A DNA stretch of 64,000 nucleotides, the filler included, from Basidiobolus ranarum (lineage: Eukaryota), in the NCBI GenBank assembly GCA_040143965.1. It is 9 parts of 9 records of this genome, joined end to end, with 100 filler letters (N's around TTAATTAATTAA, not from the genome) between each part and the next. Parts side by side here need not be neighbours in the genome. Positions count along the whole stretch, not along the records: positions 50,213 to 57,258 come from JASJQH010008063.1; positions 57,359 to 64,000 come from JASJQH010008154.1; 7 more parts are not named here. One strand, given 5' to 3'. The notes below the pieces were generated by a model. It saw nothing but the letters and a program-made list of their open reading frames with translations, ran no database searches and was not told the DNA's origin. Numbering within the stretch: the first letter of the stretch is position 1; each line of letters begins with the position of its first letter. This document shows, piece by piece, positions 50,213-62,915 of the stretch. The position numbers and the translations under genes are program-made.

Positions 50213-51563
50213 TGATAATAGTGGATGCATATCTTTAAGGATAGCGGCACGACCAGAGACAGCAGGGCAAGGTTGATTGGATGGAGAGTGAACTGTAAAT
50301 CAAGGATGGAAATCATAATTTGCATAGTCAGGAGTTTACTTTGTTGAGGTATATTAAGTTGTTGTATGCCAATTCAGCAAGAAGCAGCAGTTTTGTCCAA
50401 TTATCTTGATTATAGTTAATAGTGCATCGCAAATATTGCTCCAAAACTTGATTGACTCTTTCAATTTGGCCATCATATTGGGGATGGAAGGCAGTGGGGA
50501 GATTGGCAAACTGAGGTCCTTGGTCAGAGATGATAGTTTCAGGGAGTCCATGTAGGCAGAAGATATTTTGAGTTACCAATCCTGCTGTTTGTTGTGCATC
50601 AATTAACTTGTTGCAGGGCACAAAGTGGGCCATCTTTGTTAGATGGTCAACAATTACCAAAATTGAAAATATTTGGCAGACAAGGGAAGATCAGTTATGA
50701 AATCCAGGGATATGCATTTCCACAGCTGATCAGGAATTGGAAATGGCTGCAGGAGGTCATAGGACAGATGTCTTGGAGTCTTCACTAAAGCACAAACATC
50801 ACAGGTGCAAACATAATTCTTGATAAGTGCAAACATTTTAGGCTACCAATAATCCCTGGATGCCAGTATATATCATTTTGCAATACCAAAGTGTCCTGCA
50901 AGTGGTGAGTCATATCATTCCTGTGTGATTTAGAGTTTGTAATGTAAAATCACTGCTTATAGAATAAGAGATCATTGACAATAGAGAAAATGCAGTACAT
51001 GTGCAAGCTTGAGAGGCCTCTGGGTGTATCCTGGGCTTTCTTGATTGCTATTAACAATGGGTCTTCAGATTGGAGTTTGCAGATATCTTCATGGAATATG
51101 CTTGAAGTTGGCAGAGAAAGAGCAGTCACACTTTTTGAAGTTGGTGGGGCTTCAGTAAGGGAGTATTTTGTTGGCCAAAGGCCTTATCCCCTTCTTTAGG
51201 CTGATATTCTGTTCTACGTGATAAGGCATTAGTTTTTCCTTGCTGGCTACCTGGTCAATATGTAATCACATAATCTAAACTAGCAAGAAATAATGACCAT
51301 CTTACTCAAAGCTGGTTGAGCACTTTAGTTGTACTCAAATACTAAAGATTGTTATGATGACAATAGACTGTGATTGTGTGATTTGCACCATCTGAGTATT
51401 GTTGCCATTGTTCAAATGCTGCAATAATTGCTAACAGCTCCTTGTTATAGATGTCATAGTAGATGTCTGTTGCAGAGAACTTTCTTGAGTAAAATGCAAC
51501 ATGGTACAGTAAGTTATCATCATCACACTGTGATAGTACTGCTCCTTGAGCAAAGTCAGATGC
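50213..51563 (-). mobile_element. degenerate Tf2-like Ty3/gypsy element: RNase H C-terminal part and integrase
   Basis: 'ASDFAQGAVLSQ', 'AGHFG', 'YVCTCDVC', 'WKCISLDFITDLP', 'HGLPETIISDQGPQF', 'TAFHPQYDGQIERVNQVLEQYLRC'. Confidence 0.92.
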
Positions 51564-54500
51564 TGATAAAAGTGTTTAAGGGATTTGGAAGTGTTTTGGA
51601 CAAGGTTCAGATCTGTGTATTAGGTAGTTAAGTTTTATTAGAATGAGTCCTATATATAGTTTGCTATGAAATAGGACTATCAGAGGTGCTTAAAAAAATA
51701 ACAAACTTGCCTGTTAAGAATGGGTGAAAATTTGAGGTGATTTGGAGAGGCTTTGAGAAAATGGTGATAATTGGGAAAAGTGATCTAATTGCTATTTCTA
51801 TCAATTAGAGCAATAAACCAACATTTTTGTATAGTAGAATTAAGTGCTAAACAATCAGAATATGAATAAGCTAACTACTGAATAATGAGTTGCTATTTAC
51901 CTTTTTTCAACATTCCCACTTAACTAATGATTTTGTATTTCACTTAAACCTAATTTATATCTTAACAATTCAAATTATGCTTGGCTAAAGGTTTAGTAAA
52001 GATGTTAGTAATCATTTCTTCAGTAGGGCAATATACAAGTTCAGTTGTATCATTCTCTATTGCTTCTTTAACAGAATGATGCCTAATATCTATATGTTTA
52101 GTTCCAGCATTAAATGTAGGGTTGTGAGGTAAGCAAATGCAATTGATCTTCTTAAATACAGTAACAGCATGTTTTTGCATGAATCCTAAGTCTGTAAATA
52201 AGTTCCTTAACCACATGGCTTCTTGCAAAGTAGCAGAAGCAGCCTTATACTCTGCTTCTGTAGTGGAAAGTGCTATGATTGGTAGCTTCTTACTATTCCA
52301 AGTTATGGCTAAGAATCCTATTTCCGGTTGTTTTGATGTAAATACTGTGTTCTGCTGTGCATTTTATGTTTTCCAGTGATTCCAAATAGGTTTCTATGTT
52401 GTTGTATCATGCACTCGGTGCATGTTGGAGTCCATATAGCAATGTTTGCAATGTACAGGCCTACCAGGGTGTTTTGGGTCAACAAATCCATCTAATTGCT
52501 CCATATAGATCTCTTTGTCTAGATTTCCATTCAGAAATGCTTTTTTGCATCCATTTGAGGTAAATCAAGGTTATGAATGGCTGAGAGTGCCAGGATAGAG
52601 CTAATGGTGCTAAACAGAGCTACAAGAGTGAAGGTATCATTAAAATCAACTCACCAAGTCTGGGAATAACCTTTTGTAACTAATCTTCTTTGTACCTCTC
52701 CATGGTTCCATGAGCTTGGTGTTTGACTTTGTAGACCCATTTGTGATATATTGGCTTTCTCACTGATGGTAGAGGACTTATATCCCACATTTTATTGTCA
52801 TGAAGTGAAGAAAACTCATCTGACATTGCTTTTTCTCATAATATTGATTCTGGACACTCCAGAGCTTGAACTAAAGTCTGTGGATTGTCACAGAATGCTG
52901 CATAAGCACATACATCATCATTGGAAGTTTTCTACCAGTTTCCTGTCTTTTTTCACCGTGTGGATGATCTTCTGAGTCCTGAATCATCCTCTGATAAAAT
53001 TGGTACTGGTATTTTGTTTGCATAGGGCTCAGATACAGCTGGAATTTTGTCAGCTACTTCCTGAATAGTGCTGATTGTGTTTTCTGGATAACAAACTGTG
53101 ATTTGAGGTGAGTTATCTGCTTTTTCATCAAAAACAATATCTCTGTACTTAATTAACTTCTGATTTTTGGTATCAAACATTCTGTTGGCCTTAGATCCAT
53201 CACAGTAACCAAGAAATATGCATTTTCTGCTTTTGGGTTCTAGCTTAGAGCATTTTGAGCAGGAATTAGGCAATATGCTATGCAACCAAAGATCCTGAGA
53301 GGATCCACAATTGGTTTTGATCCATATAGGGCTTCAAATGGAGTAGAATTTCATAGCACTCTTGTTGGGCATCTGTTTTTGATATTGACTGTAGTGGAGA
53401 TAGAGTCAACCCAATTTTAATAATCAAACTTTTGTTCATGTAACATTGCTCTTGCCATCTCCACCATAGTCCTAATACAAATGGGACCAAAATTTGGGTC
53501 AAATTGGACTCAGATACAGCTGGAATTCTGACAGACACTTCCTGAATGGTGCTGATTGTGTTTTCTGGTTGAAGAACTGTGATTTGAAATGAAAAATTTG
53601 CTTTGTGATCAAAACTCACCTCTCTGCACTTAGTTTACTTCTGATTTGGGCATCAAACACTCTATAGGGCTTAGCTCCATCACAGTAACCAAGAAATAGG
53701 CATTTTCTGCTCTTTGGTTCCAATTTAGAGTAGTTTTGAGTGTGAATTATGCAATATGCTATGCAACCAAAAATGTTGAGATAATCCACATTTGGTTTTG
53801 ATCCATATAGTGCCTCAAATGGAGTAGAATTTTGTAGCAGTCTTATTGGGCATCTGTTTTTGCTATAGACTGCAGTGGAGACAGATTCAGCCCAATATTG
53901 ATAATCTAACTTTTGAACATGTAACATTGATCTTGCCATCTCCAGTATGGTCCTATTGCCATGTTCTGCAACTTGATTTTGCTGTGTAGTATAAGGTATA
54001 GTTGTTTGCTGCTTAATTCCATGTTAGGAGTAAAAACTAGCAAAGTCTTTAGGGCAGTATTATCCACCATTAGCACTCATTAGTACTCTTATTTTTTGTG
54101 CTGATTCTTTCTCTGCCATTGCTTTGTAGTGCTTGAGCATAACTAAGGTCTCAGATTTTGATTTGAGAATCAATACCCAAGTATATGGTGTTTTGTCATC
54201 AATAATGATCATAATGAACCTGTTACCACCTAGTAATTGTTTTTCATGAGCCCGCATAGATCAGAATAGATCAGGGTAAAATTTTGAGGGGTCTTAATCT
54301 CTTCAGAGCTTGAAAGTGACTGTCTTTGATGTTTTCCATGTATGCCACCTTCACACAGATCCAATATAGTGATATTTTCAATTTTTAAGCCTGTAACAAG
54401 CTGATTTCAGATCATTTGGGTCTGTTTTTGTTCCCCAATGTGGCCTAATCTTTTATGCCACAGTTGACAGCTTATTTTACTATTTTGTCCAACTTTGCAT

Positions 54501-56080
54501 GCTCAGAATGCAATATATTGATTTTTAGCATGTATAAGTTTTGGGTTTTGATCCCAGTAGCTAATTTGGTATTATCTGATCTGTAATAGTGTATATTGCC
54601 TGACTGAGCACAAAATTTGGTTCTTGAGTTATTGCTTGGCTCACTAAGAGTAGATTCTTGGCTATATTTGGAACATAGAGTATATCATTCAATTTTGCAG
54701 ACGGTGTAGCTGAGTATTGGTCCAAATTGAGCACTACCATGCCCTTACCAACTGCATCTAGTGCATAGACATCACCTAAGTAGACTTTGCTTGTTTGAAT
54801 GGGTTTCAAGCTGGAAAACCAATGGTTCTGATTTGACATACATTGGGAAGCTTCTAAATTAATGAACCATGTTTCTGAGTCTTCTTTAGTGGTTACTGAT
54901 AGGGCAGACCAAAATAGGTGATCACTATCAATGCTTACTTGATTTGCTTATTCCAATTTTAGCTTTTTGGCAGAAATCCTTTTTCTGCAATCTTTGATTA
55001 AATGGCCTGATTTGTAACAATACTTGCAGATAATTGCTTTCCTATTAGGGGCATTATTATTACAGCCTGTTGGATATTTTACAGCTCCAAAAAATGCCTT
55101 ACCTGCATTATTTTGCTGAGAATTAGATCTCCTTAATTCCTCATTCATTAGCCTAGCACCATTGTATTCCATTGTTACTGGCTATGATCTTGATTCTAGG
55201 GCAATTACAAAGTTCCCAAACTTGTCTGGCAGGCTCCCAACTAGTGTGATGACTAAGTCATCTTTATTTAGATGTGCTCCAATGGATGAGAGCTGATCTG
55301 CTTTAGTTTTTATCCAATTTATATGATTAAGCTTAGAATCATCAGAATTCTTCTGAATTGAGAATGATTTTTGCCTACACTATAGCCTGATAGCCAGACT
55401 TTGAGTCGTACATAGTCTCTCAAGCTTTTCCCAAGTACTTTGGAGGTTTTCATTGACTGTATGTGCCTCAGTTGAGAGTCTCTTGGATGTACAAAGTGTA
55501 GTGAATGCTTTCTTCTGCTCCTTGTTAAAGGCCAGAATAGCTTCTGGTGGTCCCTTTGGCTCTATTTCATCTTCTATAACACATCCACAAAGGTCATTGT
55601 CTTCTAGCAACATTGCATTTTGAGCTTCTCAAGGTGAAAGTCTTCCCCATCAAACTTCTCTGTTGATGCAAAGACATTGGTAATAGTACTAGTAGACATT
55701 CCTTTAGCAGCTAGCTTGGGGCTCATAATCTGATAAAAGTGTTTAGGGGATTTGGAAGTGTTTGGACAAGATTTGGATTTGTGAATTAGACACTCAAGTT
55801 TTATTACATTAAATATGTGTTATTTATAGTTTACTATAAAATAGTACTATTGGACATGCTTAGATCTTAACTAACATGCCTGTTAAGCATGGATGAAAAT
55901 TTAAGGTGATTTGGAGTGGTTTTGAGAAAATAGGGAAAAAATGGTAAAAGTGATCTAATCAATATTTCTATCAATTCAAGCAATAAATACACACTTTGAA
56001 TGGCCAAATTGAGTGCTGAATAATCAGAATATGAAAAAGCAAACCACTAAAAATGAGTTGCTAATTGCCTAATTTCAACA
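51564..56080 (-). mobile_element. two-LTR Ty1/copia element (family B), degenerate; 5' LTR 55731-56080, 3' LTR 51564-51912
   Basis: Paired ~350-bp LTRs, PBS at 55719-55730, gag ATG at 55699, zinc knuckle 'CKYCYKSGHLIKDC'. Protease, integrase, RT and RNase H remnants in copia order; PPT adjoining 51913. Confidence 0.95.
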
Positions 56081-56895
56081 GATATATCAGTTTCAATAAT
56101 AAAAGGCTTGTCTAGCTTGGGCTGCACCAGGATTGGTGTTGAGATAAAAGCTTTCTTTGAAGTTACAAATTCTTGTTGGGAAGATGGGTTCCAGTCAAAT
56201 AGGAGTTCTTTCTTGGTAGAGTTTGGTAATGGAGCAGATATGTTGTAGTAGTTCTTCACAAATCATTGGAATACATTTGTAAATCTAAGGAAAGATTTCA
56301 TATCCTACACATTCTTGGGAGTGTCTCAAGACAGAAAAGATTCTACCATCTTAGGGTCTATGGGGATGCCTGATGGGCTGATGTTATATCCAAGGAATTT
56401 AACATCAGCTTGGTCAAATTCACATTTCTCAGGTTTAGCATAGAGACCAGGGGTTTTCAACTTTTCTAGGACTTGGGAAACATGAATATTATGTTCTTGA
56501 GAGTATGAGAAGACCAAGATATTGTCAAAGTATATTACCACAAATAGTCAAGACTCTCTCCTAAGATACCATTCATCATGTGTTGGAAGACTGCATGGGC
56601 GTTTGTAAGTCCAAATGGCTTGATATTGTATTCTAAGTGTCCATAGTAAGCTTGAAAGGCAGTTTTCCATTGTTATCCTGGTTGGATTCTTACAAGATTA
56701 TAAGCACCTTCTAAATCAATCTCTGCAAATACCTTGGCTGCACCAAGCTTATCCCAGAGTGAGTTGATTAGTAGCAAGGGGTACCAATTTTTGATTGTAA
56801 TACTATTTAAGCCTTGATAATTGACACAAAAATGGAGGGATCCAGCCTTTTTCTTAACAAATAAGATTGGAAAGCCTGCTGAAGACTTTGAATCT
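56081..56895 (-). mobile_element. RT and RNase H N-terminal part of the same gypsy element as 50213-51563
   Basis: 'PILFVKKK', 'WKTAF', 'PFGLTNA', 'VIYFDNILVFS' (decayed YLDD), 'LYAKPEKCEF', 'KPFIIETD'. Confidence 0.92.
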
Positions 56896-57258
56896 ATTCA
56901 AGCAGTGACACATTTACTTGTGGCAGGACATTTGTTGACTTCAAGTTAGGGATATACTGGTTGAAGTCTTTATGGAAATTTGCCAAAACTCAAAAGCTTA
57001 TTCTTATGTGAACAGTAACAAGGGTCAGCTATTTGCCAAGTGTCAGTGCTATTCCAAATTTCAGATGTTTAGCAATATTTCCACCATTAGTTTACTGGTA
57101 AAGCAAATTGATGTTGTTGAGTTATGTCTAATCAGTCAAGTATTTGCATATGTAGAAACTAAACACAACAACATTCTTGTATTTTTTGACTCTCATTATG
57201 GCTGGAATACAAAGCCTCAAATTACTAAAGAAATCATGCATATTAATTCTGTTAAAGT

Positions 57259-57358
57259 NNNNNNNNNNNNNNNNNNNNNNNNNNNNNNNNNNNNNNNNNN
57301 NNTTAATTAATTAANNNNNNNNNNNNNNNNNNNNNNNNNNNNNNNNNNNNNNNNNNNN
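57259..57358. other. artificial contig spacer
   Basis: Same 100-bp linker. Confidence 0.99.
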
Positions 57359-58289
57359 CATATAATTATACACTGAAAGTAAAGCGCACAAAGCTAGACC
57401 ATTCCCACTTAGTCTGACTATGCTAGGTATCAGTGGGGAATCTGGCCGTGACGTAATGATATAGCTGTTGGCGTCTCTGGAAATGGCCAATGTCAATTAG
57501 CAGCAGGTTATATTAAACCACGCAACATGGTGACGGCTTGAATAAGATATTGTGTCTACATTAAAGCCATCATCGAATTCTAAACTGATATTGATTGGTA
57601 GATCGATTAAATGAAGCCTTGTAGTTATTGTCTAGGGTTTAAGAAGCTTAGTTCGTGCATCTTTGCATCTCCAAGGAAAGGGAATTGTAACGATTACGTT
57701 TGGTAACTGAGAAGGACAAAGGTGAATCACGTATTAAGATCCGTTGGATCGCAATCCACCATTAGATCCAAGACGATATTGCTCTTCCTATATTGATACG
57801 CCTCTCCCTTGAATGATCCTCCTGAAGCTACACTAACCTACTTTTGTGACAATCTTTTAGTAGGGGAGACTTGAGTTGTTTAAAGCCTCGACATCGAGAG
57901 AATCTGATGGGGTTGCCAAGACTACTCACTATCACATGATGGGAGATTCCTCATTTACCGAATATCACGATAATTGAATTTCTGACTATTTGCCATTAAT
58001 AAAAGATCAATTTCCTTAGGTCAGAATAATTATATTGAGGTATAAATCATTGGTGTTGAATTTGCCAGTCAATATCGGATATTATGATTGAAATTTGATG
58101 CCATGTACTAATATATTGTTGATCGAGGCATTTCAACTTGTTTCATACTACCAAGTAATAGCTTTTGACAGTTGAGGTTATATTTTAGAACTTCGAACGC
58201 TATCGTTAAAGATAATCTCGTCTTCCAGGCTTAAGTAATCTCTACTTCCAACCTAACTACCTAAGTTTATCCCCCTAAAGTTTTATTAA

Positions 58290-61200
58290 ATGGATGTCGA
58301 CGAACTATTGGATCAATTTGACTGGAATGCTACAATAAATGCAGCAGCATTGGAAAGTAAATTGAGTGCCGAGTTGGCTAGTTTGGAAACAGTAAATTTC
58401 TTTTGGTTACCTCCTCTCGAAGGATTTTACTAACTACTAGGAACTTACCAAGGTAAACGTCAAATCTATCATCGAGGCTGATGGAAGAATAGGAGAAATC
58501 GTATCCGGTTTAGACAAGGCTCTCGAGGAACTTGAAAATTTGGACGACTTGCTAACGTTGTATTATACAGAATTAGATGTAAGCTGAGTGAAATTCAACT
58601 TAACCCATACTATAACTCAACTTCACATCATCTCAATGAGTTACTTTACTTAGACGATGGACCATGACGTGAAGTATATACAATCACTTAACAAAGGCCT
58701 ACAAATACAAGCTTCCAATCAGAAAAAGCTTCTGACAGAGGTAGATCATATTGTGGTAAGTATTTGTTACTTTATTATATTCGATATGATTTCTGTATTG
58801 ATATTAACAAAACCTCTGTTCAGGAATCGGTTACTCTACCTGATTCATGTGTTAGTACCTTACGCGAAGAGTCCCTAGAGAGCCTGAGTGGTATCAATAA
58901 AATCGAAGAGAATGCAGCCTTTTTGCAGAAACAGTTACAACGACAGTACAATGAAGGTACGAATGAGACCCGTTGGTTCTGGTGTTTGATGATTGTTTGA
59001 CAAATTATCAATCGACTTTTATAGGTTCACAAGAGTTGAGTGTTTATGCTGAGCGTGTGGAGTTGTTTACACAGACTAGCAATAATTTCTCAACTAGAGT
59101 TATGGAGTACCTCAAAGTTATGGTTGTGTACCAGGTATATAGAGCAGTGTACTTCGAGGCTTCTCGTCACAATTATTAAGTATATATGACATTTCCGATT
59201 CATTTCTGATATAGGCCGAGAATTGCATGACCGACACTAAGAATCGTCAGGCTAAATTAGCTAGTCTCAAGATACCCGGATTAGAGGCTATGAAAGGCCA
59301 CATTCAAAAATATCGAGGACTAACACTATGGCTGAAGGAGATGGAATTCCGAAAATACAACGATATTCAGATGGTAAGTATACAATACATATGAAGCCAA
59401 CTTATATTGCACTCGGTAAATCAAAACAACCCAACAAATATAGGTTTATGTCGAAGCAATGAGCAAACTTTATAAAAAGGAAATTAGAGAGGTCACGGAT
59501 TCTTTAAGAGCTTTCTTTCAGCCTAGTAAGCGCTATGGTGAAGAGTTTGATTATGGTAAGTGGCAGAAAATATGATAAAAGTATACTGAGAGTTAAGTTC
59601 TGACGTATTCATCTCATTAGTCTTTACTACCACTTCCGAGAAATCACAGGGATCGTCAGTCACAAGGTCAGCTCTTGGTAACCGAAGAATGAGCTTTGAA
59701 AGCCATGAGCCGAAAATGAAGTCTGATGAAGTTGGCTATTTCTGAAACCGAATATCTTTAGGTTGACCTATACTAACCTCTTCTATCAAGGCATTCAAAA
59801 TAGTGCTCGACTTCATAGCTCCTACTGTCATTCAAGAACAGAACTATTTCATTGATTTTTTCCATTTTGCTGATGATAACGAGAATTTCCAAGATTGGGT
59901 AAAGACAAAGAAAACTCAACAAGAAATAGATGATCTAAGCAAGCCTCGCACACTAACTAAAGACAGAAAGAGGAAGCAAATCATGTAAGTTATAGAGTTT
60001 ATTGAGCACTAAATCATTTCCTAATTCATCTCGTTATTTAAGGCAAATTCTAGAAGGCGTTTTTGACGGCTTACCATACGAAATTTCCAGTATGATAGAC
60101 AATGGCAGCAGGGCCGATAGTAGGTTAGTCCATGAAGACATCTAAACTCTAATTCAAGTCATCATAGGCTGAAGTATATCTTTTGGCTCCAATAGTTGTG
60201 CTGCTGGAATGCTTGCCTGCGTGGAGCAGCATCTGTCTGCTTGCGAAAACCAAAGTCAAGACTTTCTTTCTGGTGTCCTTACTACACAGAAAAATCGGTT
60301 GACAACAATATTTGAGCGTTTTGTGGTAAGTTCGATGTTGACCCATCAATAGTTACTATTTCACTCTATTGATTTAATCACTCCTAAGGATGACCAACTG
60401 CGAGCCATTGAGGATACCAAAGTCAAAACCAAGAAGCGTAGTGGAATGCTATCGTTTGTAATGACATTTCCGGTATTGTATCATCACATTATTGTTAAAA
60501 TAATTGCTACTTGATTTATTGATATAGTCATTATTTCACTTTGGTATAATAGAACTTCGTAGCTAGATTGGAGGGCTCCCTCGGTTCCTGCAATACTGAT
60601 GTTCGTCAATTGGTTAGTCAGGCTTATGGTCGAATTGTCAAAACTATGTTTGACAGTTTGGATGCAATTGCTAAAGAGGCGGATTCCATGAGTGCTGATG
60701 ACAAAGAACAACTAAACATACATATCCTCACTATGGGTAACCAATACTTTATCTCGCTAGATATACTATTTAGAGCTAATGATGATTATATCTGTCACAA
60801 AATCTAGAAAACATGCATCACTTCTTTATGGAGATCCGTAGATTTAAAATTCCAATTTTGGAAGCATATGGAAAACAGGCTCGTGAAATGTATGAAATGA
60901 GTTTAAGTTGTTACGTAAGAGCAGTGATGCGCCGCCCACTAACTAGATTACTGGTAAAGTTGCTGAATCAACTATATTTTCAACATCCAAGTTAACTGAT
61001 TACTGTTTACTTGTATTTTAAAAGGAATTCTTTGATGGAGTGGAAGGTTTGTTGAAAACTACCTCACCAGAAGAAGTGAGTTATCACTTAAGCTACAACA
61101 AGGTTGCACTTCGCAAAGTCGTAGCCCTTTATCCTGGGAAGGAGGTAACTTCGATATTCTGTATAATATCGTCTATTGCTTATTCATCTTAAAATATGGC

Positions 61201-61433
61201 TCTTTTAGATTCGTAAAGGCTTAGATACGCTATACCGACGTGTGGATAAGCACTTTTGCGAAGAGGAAGGCTTATTACAAGTCGTTTGGAGAGCTATTCA
61301 AGAGGAATTCTTGAGACAACATGAGCGTTTTTCAAATTTGATCCAAATATGTTACCCAGATGCTAATGTCTCCCTGGAGTTTTCAATTCAAGATTTGTTA
61401 GGGTATTTCTCCGAGTTAGCTAGAAGTCATTAA
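58290..61433 (+). CDS. SEC3: exocyst subunit Sec3 (coiled-coil and C-terminal domains), many short exons; 5' end uncertain
   Basis: 'DELLDQFDW', 'DVKYIQSLNKGLQIQASNQKKLL', 'QLRAIEDTKVKTKKRSGML', 'DDKEQLNIHILTMENMHHF', 'RRPLTRLLEFFDGVE', 'DKHFCEEEGLLQVVW'. Confidence 0.92.
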
Positions 61434-62358
61434 TACTGCACTTGCTGTCACAGTTGATTTTGCACCGATTTTCATCGGAATCAGCCTCATTTTTGATATC
61501 ATTAATCTGCATCTGCATTTCTCGTCGAATAAAGTATTCTGGCAATTTTGAAACGCTTGTATTTCGACTATTTGTTTCTGTTAGATAATTAATCTTTATT
61601 CAACATCTTGGTTAACTTTAGTTATGATACATATATCAGAAACAAGAAACCAATGTACTTCAATGTTCATAATTCAAGCTTGATGCATATAGGAGCAGTA
61701 GCAGCGAATTCAGGTAGTTATTGATCCCTGGGATTTGGGAAGCATTAGTTTCCCTGGAAGATGAATTTTGCATGCAAGCTGTTACTGTACACATACCAAT
61801 CGACAATGCTGGCCAATTTCAATAGATATATTGTCAATTAACTGTAAAAACTATTGAAATATATCATGGTGAAATATGACTTCCAAAATTCATAGCGCAT
61901 TTCTTTTAGCTTTCTTTGCATCCTGACATGATTCTGTGGTTGATTTTCTTCATCTTTCTAACATCTGAAATATGTATAAATATTACTTTTCCATTCAATA
62001 ATATGACTTTGGCAAATCACATATCTCTTGAAATCATCCTAAATGCTCCAAATGCCTTCGGCAACTTGGAGCATCTTGCCCACTGGTAGCTCGTCAAATG
62101 TGTCAAGTGTTCAATCTACAAGGTGCACTCTGAGAGGTTTTGGTAAATTCATCAATTCTAAATGTGATTAATTCGTATTGAAGCTGAGGTATTTTGAAGG
62201 TAAGTAAAAGCAGTTTAACTGCTGATTTGTGTTTATCTAGATTATCTTCGAACTCAACAAGAATTTGTTCAGGAATATTCCGAACAAATATTTATATTGG
62301 AATACTTTGATCTTGAGATCAAATATAATACCCAATCTGAAACCAATTGATTCTTACC

Positions 62359-62915
62359 TTTTCTGATCTGAATGCTCAGATGAAATTCCGCTCATTTAGT
62401 TGGGTTTTAATGTAGGATTTTTTTTAATCATTGATTTATATGCAGATTCAAGAGTAGAGTGCCTCATTGATGGATTAAAGAAGAAAGGTACGAGTAACGA
62501 TCTTTGCCAGAGCGATTGTGGAGAACACGATGAGTCGTGGCTACAAAGCAACTTTAGGTTAACCGTTCGAAGGCTTCTCCAATGTTAACAACGAATGTAT
62601 CCGGAATTGATGGTGCATCAATCCACTCTCCTTGCCGGGTCTGAATTTGTAAACCTCCAACATTATCTTGTAGTAAAATGGTAAGGAATCCATAATCCTA
62701 TAGAGCGAATGGTTACGTCAATTCATCTACTTCATTATGTACAAAGAAATCATGAATCTAACCTTGTGTGGTCCAACACCTAATCCATGCTTTTCGGGTT
62801 GATCTACTGGGTCGCCCATGGATGGATAGCGTACAACTTTGAGACGATAATATGGCTCTGTGTTGAAAGTTGCCAAATAGTTTGTTAGAATGGTGTCATC
62901 CAGCTTTAAAGCACT
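62359..62915 (-). pseudogene. 2-oxoglutarate/Fe(II) dioxygenase (IPNS/DIOX-like) pseudogene; boundaries approximate
   Basis: 'RLKVVRYP', 'GVGPHK|DYGFLTILLQDNVGGLQI', 'FVVNIGE', 'ATTHRV', 'RYS'. In-frame TAA at 62556-62554 and a 1-nt frameshift at about 62490. Confidence 0.85.

Noticed and set aside
7098-57358. TTAATTAATTAA palindrome recurring about every 7.15 kb as a biological periodic element
   Set aside because: It is always centred in 88 Ns; it is an assembly linker.
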